64,000 nucleotides of DNA from Perna viridis (taxonomy: Eukaryota), in NCBI GenBank assembly GCA_037379345.1, contig CM074515.1:8680001-8744000 (forward strand), given 5' to 3'. A program made the translations under genes and the position numbers. The stretch's first letter is position 1. Each line of letters begins with the position of its first letter. Below, one piece after another: positions 10,652-21,900 of the stretch. The notes below the pieces were generated by a model. The model was not told where the DNA came from. It saw only the letters and a list, made by a program, of their open reading frames with translations, and did no database searches.

Positions 10652-13274
10652 CCATCTCTGCCTTTACTGATGATCTTGATTTCAAAGTAGTAGATTCCAC
10701 AGGAAGGAGGTATCGGGTGAGTGGCACGTACACTGGCAGCATCTTTAGCAGCTTTACCAATACCTGTGATCAATTATCAAAATGAATAAATTATCTTGTA
10801 CAGTTCATTTCATTGTGTTCTGACTGGTATTCTCTGAATATTCTTTTTCCAACATTGTGCAATTGTTTTTAGGGCAAGTTAAAATTTTGTATCAGTCACA
10901 TTTCACATTAATTACTAGAACAGAAGACTTTCTCTAAATAGAAGGTTATCTGAATTCCTTGAAGCACATTTTTTTTTACTTGAATGTAGGATGATGACCT
11001 TCTAGCACTTACAATTTACACACAGCATACACACGCCAATTTTTCATATCCAGAACATTCAATTGAAGTATTCACTTGAGGTGTTAAGGGTTATTTTCCA
11101 TTTAGTTCTAGGAACCATTTTTTGAATATCCAGAGGTTCTATGACCCTTGATTGTCCTTGAATATCATTTACAAAGAATAAAAATGGCTTTCTGACTTCA
11201 TTTTTAACCATTTACAATTCACGGTACAATAACCCCGCAAAAAGCATACCTTTATGAGCTTATCTTGATCAAAATCACACACAATACCATTTTAAAATGC
11301 AACAAGAAAGCATGATTTACGTCATTAAATTATACCTTTGCCACTGAGGACTGAATCCTAGATCACTCAGTGGCAAGCCAGGGACAAACCAATCCGGCTA
11401 TATATTTAATCCTTTAGACAAAGCATTTAACAGCTATTTTAATCTACTATCTTCTACGTTGCAGGTAGGCCATTCTGCCACATTTGCAATGGAGATATCT
11501 AAAAGTTCAGTTTTAAACCTTAAGTAAAAAGCTCAGAATGATCAGATTAGCATTTTTAAATGTTGATGCTAAAGCAGTAGGGACATGCTCATCTACAGGT
11601 ACATGAAGGAAGAAAAACAATTGAGTTAATTTCTGACACAGTATTATTTTTTTACACTAAAAGCTGAAGACCAAGAAAATCATCAATAGAAATGGCTATA
11701 TTAATACGAAATTTTTCTAAATCATTGCAGAAGAGTCAATGTAGTAATGGGGATGATTTTTGCAATTTAATACATATGGTTTTAGGAGAAAATATCTACA
11801 TAGAAGACAGTGAAAAGCTCCTTAATGATCATTAACATACATTATATACTCATTACACTCAAAGATTCCATGCAGATAAAACATAGTTAAATGGATTTCA
11901 TCTCAATACTGGTTGATACATGTACATGTAATTACATTTACTTGTTCCATTTTACAATGTTCATGCATTATTGGATTTATTACTAAAATTAAACGGTTAT
12001 TTTCCTAAGAAGAAGAGAATCATATGATAACAACTAAGCATTCTACTTCTCCTCGGGTTGATTCACCTACTAAAAGTTGTGTCACTTAGATATGAAATAT
12101 ACATTAAACGGTCTGTGTTAAACATAGAAGATTTCTGTACATTGGGGTAATAATAAATATATAATAAAGGGGAAATAAAACAACAACTGGATTGATAAAG
12201 GTTGGACTGATAGTATTTACATTACAATATGTAAATTGTAATATCAATTTTTTTTCTTGACCATGCATATGCATAAAGAAAATGGTTATTTAACAAAAAT
12301 AAAATATATAAAAAGAAAGGATTTCTGAAAATTAAAATGCCAACTAACAAAGATCCTACATGCAATTAAATTACTTGAATACACAAGCATGGCTTTATTG
12401 TATGTTTAATAAAAATGGTGTTTTCATAAGATTAAGAAAGTTACATAGTTGTTAATTTGTTGTGATCAAAAATTATAATCGAATTAACAATTGTTAAATA
12501 AACTAATTAAATGGTAATTAAACTTCTTGTAAATTAAAAAAAAAAAAACACTACAATAAAATGTAAAAAAAAATTAAGAAAAAAATATGTCAATCCAATT
12601 GTTAATTTATGATGACAACAATAATACATATGAAACCACCCAAGGCAAAGTAGTATGTAGTCAAAACAACTGTGTAGACGAAACAACCCAGATTCATCAT
12701 GTGTAGCATAATAAATGTATGACCAGAAATCAAGTTAACTTTTTTTCAATAAATTCATAAATCCAAGTTCTAATCTTGTGGAAGTTCTCATCAATAAATA
12801 AAAGTTAATACAAAAGAATAAAAGCTGTGATTTGAAAAATACCATGCAATCTTATTAACATTTGGGTGATCAGCTGATCAAACAAAAGGTTTTTCTTTGA
12901 CTTTGTTATGATATAACTTTTCTGTGAAGGACTCCAATTCTATAATCTTGGTGGCAAGAACTCTTTGATTTGATTCAAAAGAAAACATCTTGCTAGTTTC
13001 TTACTATCACCGAGGCGTCTATAACTAAATATAAACTGCGTAAAATGTTTGTTTACGTTGTTGAAATCAACAAAACATCAATACCTTTGTAGTGCACTCT
13101 GAGGTTATTTTGAGAGAGCCCGATGCATGTAAACTTGTCTTTTTGACTCCAGCATCTCGGCAATGGTGTTTCATCTTCATTCACAGCAGGATATAACAAT
13201 TTTATTCGATCTATCGAATCATGAACACTGGAAATCAGCGATTCAGTCGAACTTGACTCACTAATCGCTGCCAT
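10652..13274 (-). CDS. RANBP9: Ran-binding protein 9/10 (SPRY-domain CTLH complex subunit), 5' part only: exon 1 13274-13085, exon 2 10763-10652; the gene continues past the window start
   Basis: Exon 1 encodes MAAISE...[38 protein letters not shown] with donor GTAT. Exon 2 follows atcacag and encodes [38 protein letters not shown] with donor GTAATT. This is the SPRY N-terminus of RANBP9/RANBP10; an invertebrate gene would be co-orthologous to both. No exon 3 (YMGIGLS...) was found in 1-10650. Confidence 0.93.
11298..11482 (-). mobile_element. Solo LTR of the tRNA-containing TRIM family, in RANBP9/10 intron 1
   Basis: Minus strand starts TGTGGCAGAATGGCCTACCTGCA and ends ...CTTGTTGCA. Colinear with the LTRs at 31914-32079 and 30421-30577. 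Confidence 0.7.
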
Positions 13275-13350
13275 TTTCCTTTCTTGTAATAAATTCCCCG
13301 GATGTGTATTAGGTAAATTTTTTAAAGAGTAAATTGTTGTCTGATTGGTG
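13262..13350 (-). promoter_or_regulatory. Putative RANBP9/10 core promoter motifs
   Basis: YY1-like AAAATGGCAG overlaps the ATG (about 13268-13277). ETS-like CCGGATGT at about 13297-13304. CTGATTGG (CCAAT box on minus) at 13341-13348. Motif match only. Confidence 0.4.
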
Positions 13351-13529
13351 ATCTATTTTAAGCCTACAAATCAAATTATCCGTAAGGAATTCCGATCCAA
13401 AATAGTACTATTAGTCAGTATAAGCATGGCAAAACATTTATAGACATGAATATTAAAAACAACAAAACAAACACACTACTTGTGGTAAAAGAAAACAATT
13501 TTAGTTTTAAGTATATACTGATGCCAATT

Positions 13530-13890
13530 ATCGGCCAACAGGAGCAATAAGAGATAACAATTATGGTAGGGAGTGCATATTGGAATAATATAAAGACCCT
13601 TTTTTTCTGGTAAAAAAAAAATAAACGCAAATACAAAAATGAGAACAAAGATAAACAAAGAAAAAAGCAAAACAAAAACAAAAAAACAAAAACAAAAACA
13701 AAAGAAAGAAAAAAGAAAACAAACACAATCCTCAAAATAACCCAAAAAGCGACTATATAACAAAACCAACAATACAGAAAAACTAAAAAAAAAAAAATAA
13801 TAATAAATTCAGCAACTTAAAAACAAAAATGTCAATATAGTAATTAACAAAACAAAACAAAAAACGATAGCAAATTAAAAAAACAAAAAC
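13530..13890. repeat. A-rich low-complexity tract (AAAAC/AAAAAC-like)
   Basis: Directly visible runs such as aaacaaaaacaaaaaaacaaaaacaaaaacaaaagaaag. It produces the spurious Phe-rich ORFs 13415-13735 and 13476-13772. Confidence 0.8.
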
Positions 13891-14325
13891 CTCAGACGCT
13901 TTTTTTTAAATGTATATTTAAACTTTTCCAAATATTATAACCCTAAAAAAAAAATAGTTTCCTCAATGTCCCCACTGTGTCCGACCCTGATCCAAGTGGT
14001 AAAAGTACTGGAACATTTTGGTTTTTAAATGTTATATATCCTCATTTTAATCTTTTCCATGTCACAGTCATCGTTGCTGTAAAAACGTTCTGGACAACGA
14101 TAGTGCCGCGAATTGGTTAGCAGCAGGGACCGACTTCTTCCGCAGGGCATGCGATATCTTGGTTTTTGGGGATGGTGAGAGGTGATTATTGGATATTAAG
14201 TATTATTCAAATCTTCTTGTTCGTTTGATGAAGTGATGAAAACAAACAAAATTATGTGTTTTCATCATATGTAAGACTTTCGTTACCAGCCAACAGAAAT
14301 TGTATCGTTCCTTTTAACCGCCTAA

Positions 14326-15200
14326 CTATGCCAGCAGGGAATTTTTATGCCGATTATACAAAATGGTGAATTCAGTCTTCAAATGAACGTCTGCAACTTC
14401 AAGAATTAATGGGAATGGATTACATTTTATACGAAATAAATCGGCATTTAGGGAACTGCACATGTTCCTGAGCCTGGTATGAATAATACTAACTTTCCTT
14501 TCACCAAAATTGAAATAATCAGGACTTTTCCTGTTGTGCTTTAATAATTCGTTCGAAAGTGCATAAGTTCCTGGCATTTCTTGTCTCTTAGTTCAGTTGA
14601 TTGAAGTCTCTGGCTGATGAATGGAAAAATGACCTTTCAGTACTTGTTATGTAAAAATCCGCTCTGCTTCGTACATCATAGGACGAAATTTAGTTACAAG
14701 ATGTTTTAAGATGGATTAAGTATTATGGACACAGATGATTATGAATATAGTGCAAAATGTTTTAAAAGACGTACGGTTTGAATCGTCTCCTGTCCACCAG
14801 TAGCTCCTAACACGCTTCATAATAAATCGATTCCATGCTGACTAAAATAGGTAATCCTGTTATAATCATATTTGCAATTTTTCTAAATTGTTACTAACAT
14901 AAAGATAAAACCCGTCCCAGACATCAGTACCGTGTTCCATAACTGGACGAATAAAACGAAGTTAAATTCTAGCTATATATTTAGTACTTTATACGTACAT
15001 GTGGAGCATATTTGAGTGTTCTAAAATTGGATACTTTTTTGCTAGCTGATTGCATAACGCACTTATAGCTATACATGCTTTTTAAACAGACCATTCTTAT
15101 CGATATAAATACTCAACATTTGTGTGTTTGAACCATCATTGTGTTGCAATATTTTTGACCGCCTCTAAACAGACATTGATTGGGATTTAATGATTGCTCT
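14326..15200 (-). mobile_element. CR1/L2-clade LINE ORF2 3' fragment, degenerate
   Basis: Minus translation gives FIRPVMEHGTDVWDG (about 14960-14912), matching the CR1 'FIRPxLEY..vW' motif, and ERKVSIIHTRLRNMCSSLNADLF (ORF 14326-14577), typical of the post-RT region. Frameshifted. Confidence 0.7.
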
Positions 15201-15888
15201 TTCTATGATATCAATATACATTCCGGCAAGAGTAATTAAAATAGGAAATAGTTAAGGAATGAAACGAAATACGACATTATTTTAATAAGATAAGCTATAG
15301 ATAGACAAAATTATATGTTATTATTAAAGTACTATATATTGTGCTGAACTTTAACATGTGCAGTCATAGATCTGTGTATTGATAATGAATATTAATATAC
15401 AGGTCTATGGTACAATCTTCCAAAAGTGGCTTGCTAAACAGTTGGTTTATTATCAGTCATTTCCACGGAGAATAAAAAACATGGACAATTTTCCAAAATG
15501 ACCAATTCCCGGAATACCCACATTGATCCGCCTCTGGGACTTTATATTAGTATTATCATAGGCCTGCAATTTAATTATAAGTCTGTGGTATTATAAATCC
15601 CTGTTTTGATCCAAATCAGAGTACTAAAAAAATAATAACCCAAGGACTCAGCTTCTAAATTTGAGATTTTTTTTATGAAACCGAGTCAACAAAATGACGT
15701 TGTCATCTAATGGATGATTAACTGACGAGTATAAGAGAACATGTCGCATAACTAAGAATAAATACATAAAACCAAATAAATAAATTCGCGTATTCAATTA
15801 AAATGTTTTGTATATAATTCAAAGTTTTTCTTGTGTTTTTTTTTAACAACTTACTGATCGCACAGCATCTAAATTTTTGCGACAATAT

Positions 15889-15928
15889 ACCGGAAATCGT
15901 TTTGTTGCCACAGTGACGACGCCATTTT
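15889..15928 (+). promoter_or_regulatory. Putative TSNAXIP1 promoter: ETS, RFX X-box-like and YY1 motifs
   Basis: ACCGGAAAT (15889-15897), GTTGCCACAGTGAC (15904-15917, X-box-like) and CGCCATTTT (15920-15928) cluster 60-100 bp upstream of the ATG. Confidence 0.5.
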
Positions 15929-15990
15929 TAGTTCATATTGATAGAATGTGTAAATAAGACCCCATTTACTCTTACTGCTGATCCCCAACG

Positions 15991-18900
15991 ATGGAAGGTA
16001 GAATGGCAGTTGCTCGCCTCCCTCCTCTCACTGGGTAAACCTTATTGAAAACTCATAAAACCCATAACTTAATCGAGAAGGCTCAGAAGCACTTGACAGT
16101 TCATTGACATTGATGGTTTTTCTCGCCTTAACTGCATACATAAGTATACTGAGGCCAGTTGTTAATTAAAACATTAATGCTCTCTTTGGGGTGTTTTAGG
16201 TTCCCTTTTCATCAAATAATACTTTATGCCATTTATCATTTTGCCAAGTTTGTTTAGGATGTTTTTACATAAGTGATTAGTGTGAGACTGCAAAAAAACA
16301 TTCCAAATATTTGTTAAATTATCGGAAAAACATTTTGGGAGTTAGGGGCAGATTGCAGGGTTTTATCAAAGTCCCTCCAGTCGAAAGTAGCTTCTTTGAA
16401 AATGTCAGAGTAGTTCTGAATAAGTCTTAGACGTTTATTATACATTTTGTCTAGCCTGCATATTTTTACTATTTCTAAAGCTCCAATGGATCATGTTGGA
16501 GTGTTTTTCTTGGAAGAAAGTTTCTTAAGTGTTAGTTTGATAATTATTTTTAGATGAATATCTATACATTTAAGAGCCAGCTTTGCTCACTTACTACTGC
16601 AGTTGGTATTGACTAAAAGTAAGCACAAAATTTCTTTTTTGCCATTTTATGTGAGTAAGGCATTAGCCTTAAGTGCCATCGAAGCATTAAGTGCTACAAA
16701 TGTAGGTTCCCTTCCAAACAAAATAGGCTTCATGTCATTTATCATTTTTGCGAAGTTTGGTAAAGATTTGATCAGTGGGAAAAGGCCAATGATATACCAA
16801 ATTTTTAGAAAATTATCTCAGACGAACAGTTTTAGGTTCTTCATCAAAAATAGGGTTTTGTCACGATCTCTCCAACCAGATATAGCTTTTTTTGAAAATG
16901 CCCATATAGATGTAGTTCTGATCTAATGACATAGAAGTCTGAAAAGTTATGTCTGTGGGTCATTTTGACTATTTCTAAAGCTTTCAATTGATCGTGATGT
17001 AGTGTTTCACTTTGAGGAAAGTTTCTTCCTCAGTATGATGAAATTTTAGATGAGCTTCTATACATTTAAGATCGAGCTTTGCTCATTTTATATCTTTCAC
17101 TATAAATGGCACATGCATAACAGAACATGCATGAGCATTACTTAGTCCGCAGAGATTGTTGAATATTCATATGTATTTGAAATGAAATTAATCATTAAAA
17201 TAAATTTTATACTTATGTATGTTTTGAACTGTAAATGCATTTGATCTTTTTCTTAAAAATGTGGCATTTTCATATTGTTTGTCTTTGGAACTGAGTTTGG
17301 GATGAAATTAAAAGGTGACGACATTGATTACATTGTGATATTTTCATAAATAAACATTGTATGTACATGTACTTCCAATCCTCTTTTGCTATTTAAGTCA
17401 TATTTTTAGACATCAAAGACATACATTGTTAAAAGTTTTAAAGAATTATTGGAGATTCTTATTATTATTTTGCATTCTTTCTGTCATTTCTGGACAATGA
17501 ATTTTTACTTTCATCATTCTTATGCACCCCGTTAACTTACACTTGCATGTTGCCATAGAGTTAAGCTGGTTTTAAGTCATAATGGTAGTTCTGTTTACAG
17601 TACCATGTCAAGTGCACATTTTTGTAAATTTAACATGCAAGAGGATAAAGTCATATGCCAGAAAATGTCACACTGAGAGATAAAAAAGATTGATGTTTCT
17701 TTTTATTTGATATCCAAAATTATTTTGTGATGTTTCCTATCAATAACAAGATAAAGAACTGACCCAAAACAACTTTTGCTTCGATAATTGTACTATTTGT
17801 ACAAGGTGACACATATTGTCTCTGTTCCGTATTTATTCAATGGAATGCATAAAACTCTCTTTAACTTTAACAGTCATGTTGGTCGTCCAAAATTTACTTA
17901 TGCACAGGAGATTGACAATTCATCTCCTGTAAGACTGAAATCTCACTCAAAGTGATTCAAGGGTTGAATTTGTATTCATTTCCATTGAAAAGATTTGGTC
18001 TTTGAATGATATGAGACAAGGGTAACCTAAAAAACTACGAAAAGCTACCAAAGATAAATTTGGAAGGTTGGAGTTGAATTAAGTAAAAGGTTTTTGGTCT
18101 GTTCAGGCCAATGTGTAATATGTTTTTATGATTATGATTGCATTTATATTCGTTCCAGGACAAAAACTATTGGAGCATCACCAACTAAATTTGACGGTCT
18201 AACTGGTCCTACATACAAACTAGGTGACACAACTCATCCTCTACCAAACCCAAGAGCATTAAGAGTAAATGTTTATTTTGTAGTGAAATAAAGCGTGAAT
18301 AGATCAGATAAGTGCATGCTAAATTTATAAATATGCTCAAGTTTTTATTTAAATTCATTAATTTATGAATAGATTTAAATGCACAAAGATATATGTAGGC
18401 ATGTATAAGTAATCATGGAAAAATGCATATTGCTTCCTTTGTTAATTTTAAATTGTAAGCATACTGATTGTGTGGTACATAAATAACAATTTCCATTTGT
18501 TCTTCAGTCTTAATCCATATCATATGTCTTTATTTTCATACACAATATGGTAATAGTTAACTTCTTCTTTTTATAGCCATATGTTGATACTAAGTCAGGT
18601 GAAGTAGACACTTGGCCAGCTCATGCCAGTGGACATGTTGTCGGAAATGTCACAATGGCATTGTCTAAAAACAAAAGCCTTGTTCTATATAATGATGAAG
18701 ACTCAGGGAAACCACAGGTTATCCCAAAACCCAGATTCTTAGATCAACTAGAAACTTATCTTAAGAAAGAGTTACGGGCCCTTGGTGTAACTGAAGTCAT
18801 GCCAAATGAGTTAAGATTACAAGTATGTATTTTTTAGATAAAAATCCTTTCTTTAGATTAAGGGATGTCTTTAGGAAATATGATGACTATTATATTAATG

Positions 18901-21900
18901 AACTTTTATATATCTACATAAAAACATATCTTGTTAACAGATCTATATGAAAATATGTCTTCCAAACTTTTGTAAAATCAAGTTAGAATGAATGGTTCTG
19001 TAAAGAGTCATTATCTCTGATGTAGTTTAAGGATTATTGATTTGTATAGTTTTAGATAGCACCTCCAATGCCTACTGCTGTTGGTCATTACTGTATGAGA
19101 TGTAATCATATTTTGTTTTATCATGTACAAGAAAGCACTTGATCAATAAGTATTTGATTAAGCTAATATGTCTTGAGCTGTACTGACACAACATACTGTT
19201 TATAAACATGGTTGATTGGTAAATATTTTTTAATGTTTTAACCTGCAGGCTCATAGAGAAGTGTTTGAGTACTTAATAGAAGATTTTAAAACCTACAAAC
19301 CTCTGTTATCTGCAATAAAGAATGAATATGAAATGATGTTAGCCTTCCAAAGGCAACAAATCAGAGATTTAGAGCCATTAAAGGTCAGTTACTTTAACAT
19401 TGTTTAGAGACTAGATTGGATCATTATTTTTGGCTTTCTGATCACTTATTTAAACTTAAAGTCCATTATATAAATATAGAATTAAAAAAAAAACCAAATA
19501 GAATTGAATTGCTTAAATATGAATGTAATGGTTTAATTCTGCAGTAAGTCAAGATTAATTAAGGCTTCATTTAAATTGTTTTTGATACATTAATTAAGGC
19601 TTAAAATTTCTTCTCTACAGCAAATGTTGATTACTGTATCTGAACAGTGTGATCAGAAGATCATGGCTATCAGAGATGAAGAGAAACAAGGTATGTAACT
19701 TTTTATTAAACTTGTTTGATGGCATCCAACCCTCCCAATATTCTAGAAAATGCACCCAGACAATAACACACCTATATCATAATCATGTCTGTGTATAATT
19801 AAAAATAACACATTGCTATGCAGGGTAGTTGGATCATTAGGGGACCACAATGCAGAAAACACTAAAAAACCCAAAATATGTACCCATTTTTTAATTACCG
19901 TAATAACTAATTTAACAAATTTCATTTCACATTTATCCTTATACTAATTTTGTGAAGTTTTGTATATTATCTCCCCTTATCATTCCATCCTTTTTTTTTA
20001 CCCTGACAACTGTTTCTTCAATAAACTGTTAAGGTTAGCCCATTTTCATTCCTTCTTACAGAAATGACTGATTTAAAGAATGAGAACAAAGGATTAAAAG
20101 AAAGAATTCAAGCCATGAATAATGAACGAGGTGATCTACAAATGCAGGTCTACAAGCTTCAGGAGGACCTGGCAGCTGAATACAGAAAGTATAGAGATGA
20201 ATGTGATGCTAGAAAAATGTTGATAGAAGATATCAATGAAATGAGAGCTGCTGAAATGGCAGATGAGGGAAAACATCCTACTATGACAGGAGATTTAGTG
20301 GAGGATGATCCTGAAATCATGAAAATTGCTTTGAGGTACTAAGTCATGAATTTATTTTTAGAAGTCCATATTTTTTCAAGATCTTTGTTGAAATTTCTTA
20401 TTAAGAAGCAGTCTTTGTAAGAATCATGCAAATTCTGTACTATGTGATACAACTCAAAAAAGGCTACACATTTTAATATTTGTTACAAAGTTGTTTTGTA
20501 GGTCTATATGGTGAAATGTATAATTATTCATTCCAATCTGTCTTCTCTTAGGAGTTAATTCACATTCAAATTACTGAAAATCCAACAGTTTCTATCATAT
20601 TTTAGTGTCATTTCCAGAGTTATCCCCATAAATTTTGAATTCTCTATAATTTTTTTTCCCTAAGAACAAGGGTTATATGAGAAGCCACATGTTATTTTTT
20701 GTTTACTATAATGTTTTAAACAAAATATCAAAAATAAAAATACGTAGGCTTTCCAACCATTTTACCACATTTGGCATGATTCTTACCTGGAGTGCTACAG
20801 CAATTAGAAAGCTGTCGATGTTCAAGAAGCAACTCATGTTGGGATGGAGAGAGATATAGTTGTTTGATTACCTAAAAATGTTTTTTTAGACAAATATACA
20901 ATTTGTTCCGAAGATTAAGGTCATCTATACACTATCAAATACTCATAATTACTCAATGACAATTCTAAAAGGCAATTTCAGGCTCTTGTTTTAAACACTT
21001 TCATGCATTTCAGGCAAGCCAGAATGGATGAAAAGAATGCTACAAAGAGGTTGAATGATATGATTGCTAATTATGGTGATGTTATTCCCAGAAGGGACTT
21101 TGAAGCTCTGACTGTGAAACATACGGTATGAAACAGCATATAATTTGCAATTCAGAATTCATAAATATCATATAAATATTGCAAATTTCGGATAGGTTTC
21201 AATTACTGTTGCTAGCTATTTAAATCTTAATTATGGTTTGAATGCAATTAAAATGAAATGAAAAAAATAATACAGCAAAAAAGCGAAGTTATTTTGCAGT
21301 AATTTGATCAGATTGATTTTATTAAATTTATTATTTTCTTTATTTTTCAGAAACTTGAAGAGGAATTTGAAACATCTAAAGGTGATTTCCTGAAACTGAA
21401 AGCAGAACATGAGTAAGTTTCTGTTCACCTTTTTGTTTTAATAATTTTTAAAATTGTTTGTATTGATCTACCTAGAATAATTTATCAAAACAATTTTTAC
21501 ACCTATGCCTTTAAAAAGACATCATTAAAAAGCTTTACTGCCTTCTGTATATATATCTGTCCAATAAGATTACCTTGGCTGAAGCATGGAAACAATAATT
21601 AGGAATACTTTACACGTCAACTTCCTGTTCAACAAGAATCCTTGTACATTTTATCATAGAGTAACAAATTCTTGTTGTCACTGTAACTTAACTCCAAAAG
21701 ATACTTGGTAACAAGCTTCAGTATTATATGGTGTCTGATTTAACAAAAACTGTCTGTTTCTTAGATATAATCAACACATTTATGATTTTTACTTCTGTTA
21801 CAGTGCTCTCTTAGAAATGCACACCAAGATAACACAGCAAAGAGATCAGTTCTATGTAGAGTTAGAAACAATGAAGAGAAGCTCAACTCCAAGGTTTGGT

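Noticed and set aside
11340-11402. Possible functional tRNA gene
   Set aside because: No complete cloverleaf or acceptor stem, the B-box is degenerate, and it is embedded in an LTR. Treated as tRNA-derived sequence.
13415-13772. Phe/Leu-rich ORFs of 106 and 98 aa
   Set aside because: Artefacts of the A-rich low-complexity tract read on the minus strand.
16603-16926. 107-aa ORF in TSNAXIP1 intron 1 as an alternative exon
   Set aside because: It lies within the 500-bp duplication, has no recognisable homology, and exons 1 and 2 already join in frame.
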